NCBI GenBank assembly: GCA_963713975.1
Contig: OY970218.1
Span: 1,248,001-1,312,000 of the forward strand
DNA from: an uncultured Chloroflexia bacterium
GTDB taxonomy: Bacteria > Chloroflexota > Limnocylindria > Limnocylindrales > CSP1-4
DNA length: 64,000 nucleotides
Direction of reading: 5' to 3'
Part shown: piece by piece, positions 1 through 7,785 of the stretch
Layout of the letters: each line of letters opens with the position of its first letter
Position numbering within the stretch: the first letter of the stretch is position 1
Made by a program: the position numbers and the translations under genes
The notes under the pieces: model-generated
Told to the model about the DNA's origin: nothing
Database searches by the model: none
What the model saw: only the letters and a program-made list of their open reading frames with translations

Positions 1-429
1 GAAGTGGTGGACGCCACGCGGCAGCCCCGGGACGTCGTAGGTGACGATGTCGGGGCCGCTGAAGATCTCGCCCCGGAACAGCGCCGGGCCATCGGCGTCG
101 GAGTCGTAGATCGCCACGTTGTGCGGGATCTTCACGTCGCGGTGATCGAACTCGATCTGGAACGGCGTGTCGGCGGGGACCGAGAATCCCGCGAGATCGA
201 ACGCGAAGTTCTCGGCGACGATCCTGATGAGCAGGCCGGCCGCGGGACGCCCTGCGGCAGACGATCCCGTTGGGCGAGGCGGCAGCGATCCGGCGGGCGG
301 AGCGAAGGTCCAGCTCGGGGCGCGGGGGGCGGCGCAGGCCGCCATCACCAGGCTGAGACCCACGAGCACCGACGCTCCAAGGAGGTCTCGCCGGCTGACG
401 GGCGGGGCCGGCGAGCCGGACGCCGTCAC
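1..429 (-). CDS. Cupredoxin-domain lipoprotein (3' end outside window)
   Basis: GTG at 429 overlaps the arsR stop. My translation shows SRRDLL (Tat-like), lipobox MAAC, a PHNV motif and GVHHF, the strand that normally precedes the C-x2-H copper ligands. Confidence 0.75.
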   Translation of the reverse strand, partial: MTASGSPAPPVSRRDLLGASVLVGLSLVMAACAAPRAPSWTFAPPAGSLPPRPTGSSAAGRPAAGLLIRIVAENFAFDLAGFSVPADTPFQIEFDHRDVKIPHNVAIYDSDADGPALFRGEIFSGPDIVTYDVPGLPRGVHHF

Positions 430-812
430 TGGCGCTCGGCGACGTGGGTCGCGGCGCCGACAACGAGGTCGCGAAGGTGGTCGTCGACGAGGCGGTACCA
501 GGCGACGCGGCCGACCTTGCGGCGCTCCACGGCGCCCCGCTCGCGCAGGAATCGGAGCTGGTGCGAGAGCGCGGACACGCTCATCCCGATGACGAGCGCC
601 ATGTCGCACACGCACAGCTCTCCGTCGGTGATCGCGAGCAGGTGCAGGATCCGGGCGCGTGACGGGTCCGCGAGCGTCCCGAAGAGCTCCGCGACCTCGC
701 GTGCGCCGTGCGCCCCGAGCGACCGCCCGAGGAGCGGTTCGATGACCGCGGGATGGCGGCAGTCGGTCGAGCAGGCCTCGGCATCGATGTCGGATTCAAA
801 CACTTGAGCCAT
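426..812 (-). CDS. ArsR/SmtB family metalloregulator
   Basis: LADPSRARIL, ELCVCDMA, SALSHQLRFLR and RRKVGRVAWY winged-HTH signature; N-terminal Cys residues. Confidence 0.93.
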   Translation of the reverse strand: MAQVFESDIDAEACSTDCRHPAVIEPLLGRSLGAHGAREVAELFGTLADPSRARILHLLAITDGELCVCDMALVIGMSVSALSHQLRFLRERGAVERRKVGRVAWYRLVDDHLRDLVVGAATHVAERQ

Positions 813-821
813 GCCTCAAGT
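802..821. promoter_or_regulatory. Palindrome ACTTGAG-N6-CTCAAGT over the arsR start (probable ArsR operator)
   Basis: Inverted repeat overlapping the ATG and the CATACT -10 box. A second TTGAG-N6-CTCAA copy is at 4131-4146. Confidence 0.6.
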
Positions 822-843
822 ATGAACCCGGACCCGCGGATCG

Positions 844-883
844 CGCCATGTGCCAGACGATACACGACACCCCTGTCGTAAGA
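844..883. repeat. 40-bp duplicated regulatory segment, copy 1, containing ACGACA-N4-TGTCGT
   Basis: 39/40 identical to 4077-4116. Confidence 0.9.
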
Positions 884-888
884 AGCCC

Positions 889-1950
889 TCAGCGCAACCC
901 GTCGACGTCCACCAGGCCGTCGTGGCGGCTGCCGCCGAAGATCATGGTCGGGATCTTGCGCGTGCCGATGGTCTCACGAACAACCACCTGGTTGGCCTCG
1001 ATGATCGAGGCCACGCGCTCCGAATCCGCCTCCGCCACGATCGCCTCGATGGCAGCTTCGTCGAGCCCGAACTCGACGAGCCAGCCCCGCAGAAGCCCGG
1101 TGGCTTCCCGTGGTGTCGCCCGGTTGACGACGGCCTGCCACGCCTCGCCTGAAGGGTCGGTTCCGGACAGGATCAGCTCCAGGAGCTGCCAGTCCAGTGG
1201 CACCTCGGCTCCGGCGACCGGGTGGAGTCGCAGTGCCTCGAGGTAGCGCACGACCATTCCCGAGTTCGGGAACTTGGTGCCGGTCAGGTCCGGGATCGGG
1301 TAGGCGATGTATCCCAGGTTGTAGCGGTCGGCGAACCCGGCCTCGCGGATGTTCGCGGCGAGCTGCGCGCAGACCGAGCAGCCGGGATCGATGATCTCGA
1401 GGGCCGTGGGCCGGGCAGGGTCGAAGCCCGTCCGCCACGAGACGTTCGGGGGCAGATACTCGGCCGCGTCCCACGTCCGCAGCCTGTCAGGGATCGCGCC
1501 GATGGTCTCGGCGACGTCGGAGACCTCGCCGCCGATCGCGTCCACGAAGTCCAGCGCCACAACCTTGTCGAGAAATGTGGCCTCGAGCGCACCGATCGAG
1601 CACGCCTGGGCGCCCAGCGCGCAGCCCTGCGCGTTTGCCTTGTCGCAGGTCCCGTACACCCACAGGTTGAGGGCGCCCTTGGCCACCACGTAGGCGCTGA
1701 GGATCGTGGTGACGATGATCAGCAACGCCGCGACCTCGATGGCGATGGCCGCCGGGCGGACGAGGCCGAGCCGCCGGGCGGCGACGGGTGCCAACAGGTG
1801 GTCCTTGATGTCCTGACTAAACGAGGTGTCGCAGGGCCGGAACGTGACCCGACGCACCGTGCAGCTCCACGCGCGGCGAAGGTACCCGCGATAGCGAGCG
1901 GAGAAGGCGCCCAGGACGAGCAGGACGAGGAAGGCGGCAATGCAGAACAC
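889..1950 (-). CDS. Membrane protein with C-terminal DsbA/thioredoxin-fold domain
   Basis: Two N-terminal hydrophobic segments, DPGCSVC CxxC motif, KIPTMIF cis-Pro loop. Confidence 0.75.
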   Translation of the reverse strand: MFCIAAFLVLLVLGAFSARYRGYLRRAWSCTVRRVTFRPCDTSFSQDIKDHLLAPVAARRLGLVRPAAIAIEVAALLIIVTTILSAYVVAKGALNLWVYGTCDKANAQGCALGAQACSIGALEATFLDKVVALDFVDAIGGEVSDVAETIGAIPDRLRTWDAAEYLPPNVSWRTGFDPARPTALEIIDPGCSVCAQLAANIREAGFADRYNLGYIAYPIPDLTGTKFPNSGMVVRYLEALRLHPVAGAEVPLDWQLLELILSGTDPSGEAWQAVVNRATPREATGLLRGWLVEFGLDEAAIEAIVAEADSERVASIIEANQVVVRETIGTRKIPTMIFGGSRHDGLVDVDGLR

Positions 1951-1960
1951 GGGTGATCCT

Positions 1961-3181
1961 CTAGCCCAGGCCCCGGACGAGCCGGTCCAGCGCGCCGACC
2001 GCGGCGTCGACGTCGGCGGTGGTGTTGTGGAGGCCCACCGAGAAGCGGAGCAGCGGCGGGAGCGCGAGACGCTCGCGCAGCCAGTGGTGGGCGCAGAAGT
2101 AGCCGCTGCGGACCATGATCCGCTGCTTCGACAGGAACACCGCGAGCCGATGGGCGTCCTGCCGCTGCACGTACAGGCTGACGATGGGGCTCGGCCCGGC
2201 GTTGAGGAGGGTGACCCCGGGGATCGCCGCCAGGCCCACGAACAGGCGCGCGCCGAGCATGTCCACGTGCTCTGATGGTGAGCGGCCGTCGATCCGCAGC
2301 CCGCCCAGCCAGCCGAGGGCGGCGCGCAGGCCGACGATCTCGCCCCAGGCCTGGAGCCCGGGCTCGAGGCGCGTCCACGGCTCGTCGGCCAGGAGGTCGT
2401 AGTCGTCCTCCCTCACCTCGGACACCATGCCGCCGCCGATGAAACCTACCTCGAGGCGGGTGAGGAGATCCTGGCGCGCCACGACCACGCCGAGCGTCGG
2501 CGCGTAGGCCTTGTGCCCGGAGAAGCAGATCGCGTCGGCACCGGTGCTGTGGAGGAGATCCACCTTGTGCGGCACGGCCTGGGCCGCGTCGAGGAGCACG
2601 ACGCCGCCCCGCTCGTGGGCGTCTCGCACCAGCTCAGCGAGGTTGCCGAGTCGCGAGCCGTCGACGTTGGAGACCGCGTTGACGACGACCACGGCGCGCT
2701 CGAGCTGGGCGGGCCCGTAGGCGAGGGTGCCGTCCGTCGACCGGTCCAGCACGAGGCGTTCGACGCCCAGCCGACGTGCGGCGGTCATCGTCGACAGGAA
2801 CACCGAGTTGTGCTCGGTGTGGCTGGTCACAACACGTTCGAACGTCGCCGACGGCAGCTGCCCGAGCAGGAGGTTGAGCCCGTACGTCGTGTTGAGCGTG
2901 AACGACACCGCGTGCGACCGGCGGGACAGGCCGAGGAGCGCGAGGACCGCGTTGCGGGCGCCATCCACCTCCAGGTCCACCCGGCTGCCCCAGGCGTACT
3001 TCACCCGGCCCCCGCAGGCGCCGAAGGCCGTGTAGTACTCGGTGAGCGCGTCGATGACGGGTCGCGGGCGCAGGCTCTGGCACGCGGCGTCGAGATAGAC
3101 CTCGCGGGCGTCGAGCCAGGCGAAGCCGTCGGGGCGATTGCTTGTCTCGAGCTCGGGGGACTGGCTCCGTCTGAACCGCAT
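1961..3181 (-). CDS. Class V PLP aminotransferase, cysteine desulfurase (SufS-like)
   Basis: YLDAA, EHNS, DAAQ, SGHK (PLP Lys) and RSGYFCAH (catalytic Cys). ATG at 3181 overlaps the upstream TGA. Confidence 0.88.
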   Translation of the reverse strand: MRFRRSQSPELETSNRPDGFAWLDAREVYLDAACQSLRPRPVIDALTEYYTAFGACGGRVKYAWGSRVDLEVDGARNAVLALLGLSRRSHAVSFTLNTTYGLNLLLGQLPSATFERVVTSHTEHNSVFLSTMTAARRLGVERLVLDRSTDGTLAYGPAQLERAVVVVNAVSNVDGSRLGNLAELVRDAHERGGVVLLDAAQAVPHKVDLLHSTGADAICFSGHKAYAPTLGVVVARQDLLTRLEVGFIGGGMVSEVREDDYDLLADEPWTRLEPGLQAWGEIVGLRAALGWLGGLRIDGRSPSEHVDMLGARLFVGLAAIPGVTLLNAGPSPIVSLYVQRQDAHRLAVFLSKQRIMVRSGYFCAHHWLRERLALPPLLRFSVGLHNTTADVDAAVGALDRLVRGLG

Positions 3182-3868
3182 CAGCGGCCCAGGGCGGCGT
3201 CGATCGCGGCGCGCAGCCCGTCGGGTGAGCGGTCTGTGACCATGACGCCGTTCACGAAGAACTCCGGCGTGCCTTCGACGCCCGCCTTTCGCGCATCCGC
3301 GAGGTCTCGATCCAGGATCGTCGTGTCGCCCGCGATCATCGCCGCCTCGATCGCCGCGGTGTCGAGCCCGACGTCCGCTGCCGCATCGAGGAACGCCTGC
3401 GTTTGCGGGTCCTGCCGCTCGCCCCACTCCGGCTGGCGCTCGTACAGAAGATCCAGCAGTGCCCAGTACCCATCGTCGCTCTGCTTTCGCGCTGCTTCGA
3501 GCGCGAGCACGGCGAGCGTCGAGTTCGCGTGGCCTGGGACGTAGCGGACGACGAGGCGGACCTGGTCGCCGTACTCGCCAACGATCTGCTTGGTGAAGGG
3601 ATTGAAGGCGCGACACGACTCGCACTCGGGGTCGAAGAACTCGACGATCGTGACGGGCGCATCGGGGCGACCAAGCGTCGGGCTGTCCGCGCGGACCAGG
3701 ATTCCATCCGCAGGCTTCGAGCCGCCGAGCGCGGCGGCCGCGACCAGGACCAGCAGCACGAGGGCCGGGATGCCGATGAGCACCAGGCGAGGGATGCGAC
3801 CGCGCGACGCGCCACCGGTCCGTGCGGTCGCGGGGCGCTTCGACGTGGATGTGGACCGGTTAGGCATG
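3181..3868 (-). CDS. DsbA family (thioredoxin-fold) membrane-anchored protein
   Basis: TM anchor, VTIVEFFDPECESC, GVEGTPEFFVNG. GGAG precedes the ATG at 3868. Confidence 0.9.
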
Positions 3869-4045
3869 GGGGCTACTCCAGCGGTGAGCAAGACGGAGGG
3901 CCGTGAGCGTCGAGGCCGCAGCCCTCACCTCACCTGGCCGGCGCGGGGTCGAACGCAGGCGCGTGTCGTGTCGGCCGCAAGGCGGCCGGCGCGCAGGTCG
4001 TTGGCACACCTCGCCTTCGATCTCGGATCCGAACACGTGAGCCAC
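3860..4045 (-). pseudogene. Decayed duplicate of the arsR 5' end
   Basis: MAHVFGSEIEGEVC resembles MAQVFESDIDAEAC of 426-812. Upstream DNA is also duplicated; no HTH follows. Confidence 0.65.
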
Positions 4046-4076
4046 AGGTCAAGTATGTCCGCCGATGGCCTGGACC

Positions 4077-4116
4077 CGCCATGTGTCAGACGATACACGA
4101 CACCCCTGTCGTAAGA
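4077..4116. repeat. 40-bp duplicated regulatory segment, copy 2
   Basis: 39/40 identical to 844-883. Confidence 0.9.
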
Positions 4117-4130
4117 CGGATGGCGAATCG

Positions 4131-4146
4131 TTGAGCCGCGGCTCAA
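4131..4146. promoter_or_regulatory. Perfect palindrome TTGAGCCGCGGCTCAA (probable ArsR operator)
   Basis: Same TTGAG-N6-CTCAA consensus as 804-819; lies upstream of the PCYCGC gene. Confidence 0.55.
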
Positions 4147-4210
4147 GAATGAACAGCGAACCGGCGAACCACGTTCCCGCTGATCGCCGCACCGGTAAGG
4201 AACACGAACG

Positions 4211-4750
4211 ATGCGTCTCATGCTCTCCCGGCGAACCACGGCGCCGGCGCTCCTCGCCTTCACCATGCTGCTTGGTGGCACGACCGCTGCCTGTTCGGGC
4301 ACGGCCCCCAGCGACGCGACCATCGCCGGCGATGGGGCCGCGGCGGTCGAGGCCATCGTCCCGTCGGGCAACGTCGTCATCCCGACCGATGCTGAGATCG
4401 CCGCCGCCTGGGACCGCCGGCCCGAGTACGTGCGGGCGCTGCCCGAGGACTGGCAGGCCGCCTACAAGTTCGCCCTGGCGCGACCGGATGTCATCGGCTG
4501 GATGCCCTGCAACTGCGGCTGCGGCGCTGACGGCCACCGCAGCAATCTCGACTGCTTCTTCGACCGCCGCGAGAGCGGGGAGATCACTTTCCAGGAGCAC
4601 GGCTCCTTCTGCGATATCTGCGTCGAGACGTCCAACCTCGCAGCCAAGCTCCTCGACGAGGGCAAGTCGATGGCCGAGATTCGGGCCGCGGTCGACGCCA
4701 CGTTCGGCGGTGGCGGGCACAGCACCGACACGCCCCTGCCGCCGGCCTGA
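4211..4750 (+). CDS. PCYCGC-motif lipoprotein
   Basis: Lipobox TAAC, PCNCGC, HRSNLDCF, HGSFCDIC. Confidence 0.88.
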   Translation: MRLMLSRRTTAPALLAFTMLLGGTTAACSGTAPSDATIAGDGAAAVEAIVPSGNVVIPTDAEIAAAWDRRPEYVRALPEDWQAAYKFALARPDVIGWMPCNCGCGADGHRSNLDCFFDRRESGEITFQEHGSFCDICVETSNLAAKLLDEGKSMAEIRAAVDATFGGGGHSTDTPLPPA

Positions 4751-4869
4751 GCGTCCCATCTACTGCCGGCCCGCGCGTCCCCCGGGCCGGCCGTCCCGCA
4801 CCCGCGAGTCCCGCGCGAAGGTGTCCGCGCGGCACTCGCGTGGTGCGGGCCTACCAGAAGGAGGAAAGC

Positions 4870-5466
4870 ATGGGCCTCGTGACGAACACCGTCCGTTCTG
4901 GGCGCTCGACGGCAGGCCGCCTCCAGACGATCGTCGTGGCGGCCATCGCCGTCGTCGTGATCGCGGTCCTCGCCTGGTCCGCCATGGGCGGGTCCGGCGA
5001 CGGCTTCACCAAGGTCGAGATCGCGCCCGACACGGGTGTCACGGCGCCGGAGGTCGGGCGTCCGCCGACGCCCTTCTCGGGGCTCACCTACGACGGCAAG
5101 CCGGCCTCGCTCGCGGACTACGCGGGCAAGCCCTTGTGGCTGACCTTCGGCGGCTCCTGGTGCAGCGACTGCCGGGTCGAGATGCCCGAGCTCGTCGAGA
5201 CCTACAACCGCTACAGCGCCGAAGGCCTCAGTGTCCTGGGCGTCTTCATCAATGAGCCGGCATCCGACACCGGCACCTATGCGCAGCGGGTCGGCATCCC
5301 CTTCCCGATCATCAGCGACGCGAGCGGCAAGATCGCGAGCGCCTACCGGCTGATGGGCGTGCCCACGCACGTGTTCATCGGTCGCGACGGCCTGATCAAG
5401 GACATCAAGATCGGCGCCCTCGCGAAGAACGAGATGGAGGCGGCGGTCCAGGCGATTCTTCGGTAG
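4870..5466 (+). CDS. TlpA/ResA family thiol-disulfide oxidoreductase
   Basis: TM anchor, SWCSDCRVEMP, GVPTHVFIGRDG; AGGAGG RBS. Confidence 0.92.
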   Translation: MGLVTNTVRSGRSTAGRLQTIVVAAIAVVVIAVLAWSAMGGSGDGFTKVEIAPDTGVTAPEVGRPPTPFSGLTYDGKPASLADYAGKPLWLTFGGSWCSDCRVEMPELVETYNRYSAEGLSVLGVFINEPASDTGTYAQRVGIPFPIISDASGKIASAYRLMGVPTHVFIGRDGLIKDIKIGALAKNEMEAAVQAILR

Positions 5467-5490
5467 GGCGGGGCGACGAGCATGTCTCGG

Positions 5491-5790
5491 TCAGGACCGG
5501 CGGTCTGCGTCGTCCGGCCTCTGCTGTCCACGAGTCACGCGCACGTACACCGCGGTGCTGATTGCCGAAACTGCGCCGATGGCGATGACCATGACGATCG
5601 CCATTCCCGGGTCACCCGCGAACCCGGGGCCCTCCCCCACGCTTCGAGGATCCCCGATCGGCTCGGGCGTCGCAGCGCGAGCGACCGCGGCTCCCAGGTG
5701 CCACGCCAGGCCGAGTGCTCCCGCAGAGATGGAGCTGATGCGGTTCAGCAGCCGGCCGGCACTCAGCGAGAGGAGCACTCGAGATGACAT
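5491..5790 (-). CDS. Small membrane protein of unknown function
   Basis: 99 aa, signal-like N-terminus, GDPRSVGEGPGFAGDP then a C-terminal TM; GGGAG before the ATG. Confidence 0.55.
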   Translation of the reverse strand: MSSRVLLSLSAGRLLNRISSISAGALGLAWHLGAAVARAATPEPIGDPRSVGEGPGFAGDPGMAIVMVIAIGAVSAISTAVYVRVTRGQQRPDDADRRS

Positions 5791-5973
5791 GTAGCTGCTC
5801 CCGCCTGGGCGGCGTCGCGTGGGGAATGGTGTGGGGCGGGGGGCGGCCCGCCCCGCGCCGACACCTTGGACGCGGGGCGGGCTCGACGATGAGGCGCCGT
5901 GATGGCGAAGGCGGGTGCCACCACGGGGGGGGACGCGGTGACACCCGCCTGCGGGAGGAGATCCCGGCCATTC

Positions 5974-5991
5974 TACGACAGCAGTGTCGTA
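5974..5991. promoter_or_regulatory. Palindrome TACGACA-N4-TGTCGTA (probable BlaI/CopY-family operator)
   Basis: Perfect 7-bp arms covering the spacer of a leftward TTGTTG-N17-TAGAAT promoter, just upstream of the blaI-like gene. Related copies at 864-879 and 4097-4112. Confidence 0.7.
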
Positions 5992-6032
5992 TCAACAAGG
6001 ATGCGCTTGCTGATGCCGGGTAGAGTCATCAC

Positions 6033-6443
6033 ATGACAGGCATTGATCCGGTCCGCAAGTCGACGGTCGAGGATGTCCTGGGACCGCTCGGGGCTGCCGT
6101 AATGCGTGTGGTGTGGGAGCAGGGCGAGGCGACGGTCGGGTCCGTCGCCACAACGCTCGCCGAGGAACATGACAACACCTCGGCCTACACCACGATCATG
6201 ACCATCATGGGCCGACTCCATGATCGCGGGCTGCTCGCTCGCGAGAAGCACGGGCGACAATTCGTGTACCACGCCGTGGCCGATGAGGATGCCCTGATCG
6301 AACGCCTCAGCGAGGATGCCCTCGATCAGCTCATTGCCCGCTTCGGAGCGACCGCCTATCGGCAGTTCGCCGTCCGACTGACAGACCTGGACCCCGCGCT
6401 CCGCCAGCGCCTCCTCGATCTCGCGGCCGGTGGCGACGAGTGA
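6033..6443 (+). CDS. BlaI/MecI/CopY family transcriptional repressor
   Basis: LGPLGAAVMRVVW, AYTTIMTIMGRLHDRGLLAREKHGRQFVY; leaderless TAGAGT-N6-ATG. Confidence 0.93.
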   Translation: MTGIDPVRKSTVEDVLGPLGAAVMRVVWEQGEATVGSVATTLAEEHDNTSAYTTIMTIMGRLHDRGLLAREKHGRQFVYHAVADEDALIERLSEDALDQLIARFGATAYRQFAVRLTDLDPALRQRLLDLAAGGDE

Positions 6444-7156
6444 CGTCGATCCGGGCCACGATCCTGTTGATGCTCGGCGCCGGAAGCGGATGCTTTCTGG
6501 TCTCGTTTGCCAGCCAGGCAGATCCGCTCTTCGCCATTGAGGCTGCCGGGGCGCTCGTTCTCTGTATCTGGGGCGCGACGGCCATCGCGCTGGCGCTCGG
6601 CTCGACGGCCCTCGCGCGGGGGTCGTCGGCCAGGAGCCGCGCCGACGACATCGCCGGGGTGCCATGCCAGGTAATCCAGGATCGCAGCCGCCAGGCGTTC
6701 GCCGCCGGCAGCTTGCGACCCACGGTGTACGTGACAACTGGTGCCATCGATGTGCTGACCGACGACGAGCTGCGCGCGGTATTGCTGCACGAGAGCCATC
6801 ACGCCCGCACTCGCGCACCGTTGCGGGCCGCGTTTGTCGAGGCCTGGTTCCGCATCGTGCGGCTGGCTCCGCCGATTCGGCGGCGCCTGGTGTCGAGGTT
6901 GGCCACGCTTGAGACCACAGCCGACCGCTTCGCCCTGGAGGCGGGGGCCACTCGCCGACAACTGGCGTCCGCCCTGGTGAAGCTCGACTCGTCGCCTGGC
7001 GTGAGCTTCTCGGGTCACGCAGACGCTCGCGTTGTCGCGCTCGTCGGTGGGAGCATCCCGGAGTCGGCGGGCGCACCGCTCGAGTGGGTCCCCCTGCTCC
7101 TCATCCTGGCGCTGGCTGCGGGCTGCCGCCTTGCTGGAACGGCCATGCCGGTATGA
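6440..7156 (+). CDS. M56/M48 family membrane zinc metallopeptidase (BlaR-like)
   Basis: ELRAVLLHESHH (HExxH) and ETTAD; translationally coupled to blaI. Confidence 0.87.
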   Translation: MTSIRATILLMLGAGSGCFLVSFASQADPLFAIEAAGALVLCIWGATAIALALGSTALARGSSARSRADDIAGVPCQVIQDRSRQAFAAGSLRPTVYVTTGAIDVLTDDELRAVLLHESHHARTRAPLRAAFVEAWFRIVRLAPPIRRRLVSRLATLETTADRFALEAGATRRQLASALVKLDSSPGVSFSGHADARVVALVGGSIPESAGAPLEWVPLLLILALAAGCRLAGTAMPV

Positions 7157-7735
7157 GTCATCGCGCAGCCCCGGGCTGCAGGCGCAAGCAGACTCCTGAT
7201 TGCCGAAGGGCGCAGCTGGTTTTCGCGACGCGCCCGGTCCGCCCGAGCGCCCCGGGGCGACGATCCGACTGACGGAGCCTCGGCTCTCTATCGCGGCCCA
7301 TCGTCCGGCCGAGTCACAGCCTTGTCGGAACCTTGACGGTCTCCTGACGGCCACTGGATGGACGCCCGATCGACCTCCGCCGACGATCGATGCCACGGCC
7401 GCCCCGCGTCCCCGGGCCCGGCCGCGTGGGGCTCGACGCCAACGATGACGAGGGCGCCTCAGGCTGGCCGCTGGACGGCCTCAAGATCGGCTCAAGTTGT
7501 GGGTGGACCTGCGGTCACCGGTCGGGTCTGAGGGCCTTCCTCGCCGGCTCGGACTCCTGCGCAGTGATCTCTCCGCGCGCGAACCGTTCGCCGAGGATCT
7601 GGCTCGGCTTTGGTCCCGACGAGCCTTGTAATGCTGGCCCACCGGCTCGTGAGGACGTCGTGACCAGCCGGAGGACGTGTCATGACTGGCCGTAACGTGG
7701 TCGACTCAGCTCCGCGCGGCTTGGCCAAATCACCT

Positions 7736-7785
7736 GTACACAATCTGGCTTGTCCAGCGACCACCCGCGGCCGATAGTGCGGGTA
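7736..7785 (+). promoter_or_regulatory. Leaderless promoter of the transfer operon with GTACAC box
   Basis: GTACAC(7736)-N8-TTGTCC-N17-GATAGT-N6-ATG. Confidence 0.6.

Noticed and set aside
6033-7156. Beta-lactam resistance locus
   Set aside because: No beta-lactamase or penicillin-binding sensor domain; the context is redox and metal genes.
4773-7425. Similar ~20-nt stretches CGCGTCCCC(C)GGGCC(C)GGCCG near 4775 and 7405
   Set aside because: Short and almost purely G/C, so plausibly chance.
7160-7730. Possible pilin or PrgI gene upstream of virB4
   Set aside because: The ORFs here lack hydrophobic segments, and the virB4 promoter lies downstream of them.
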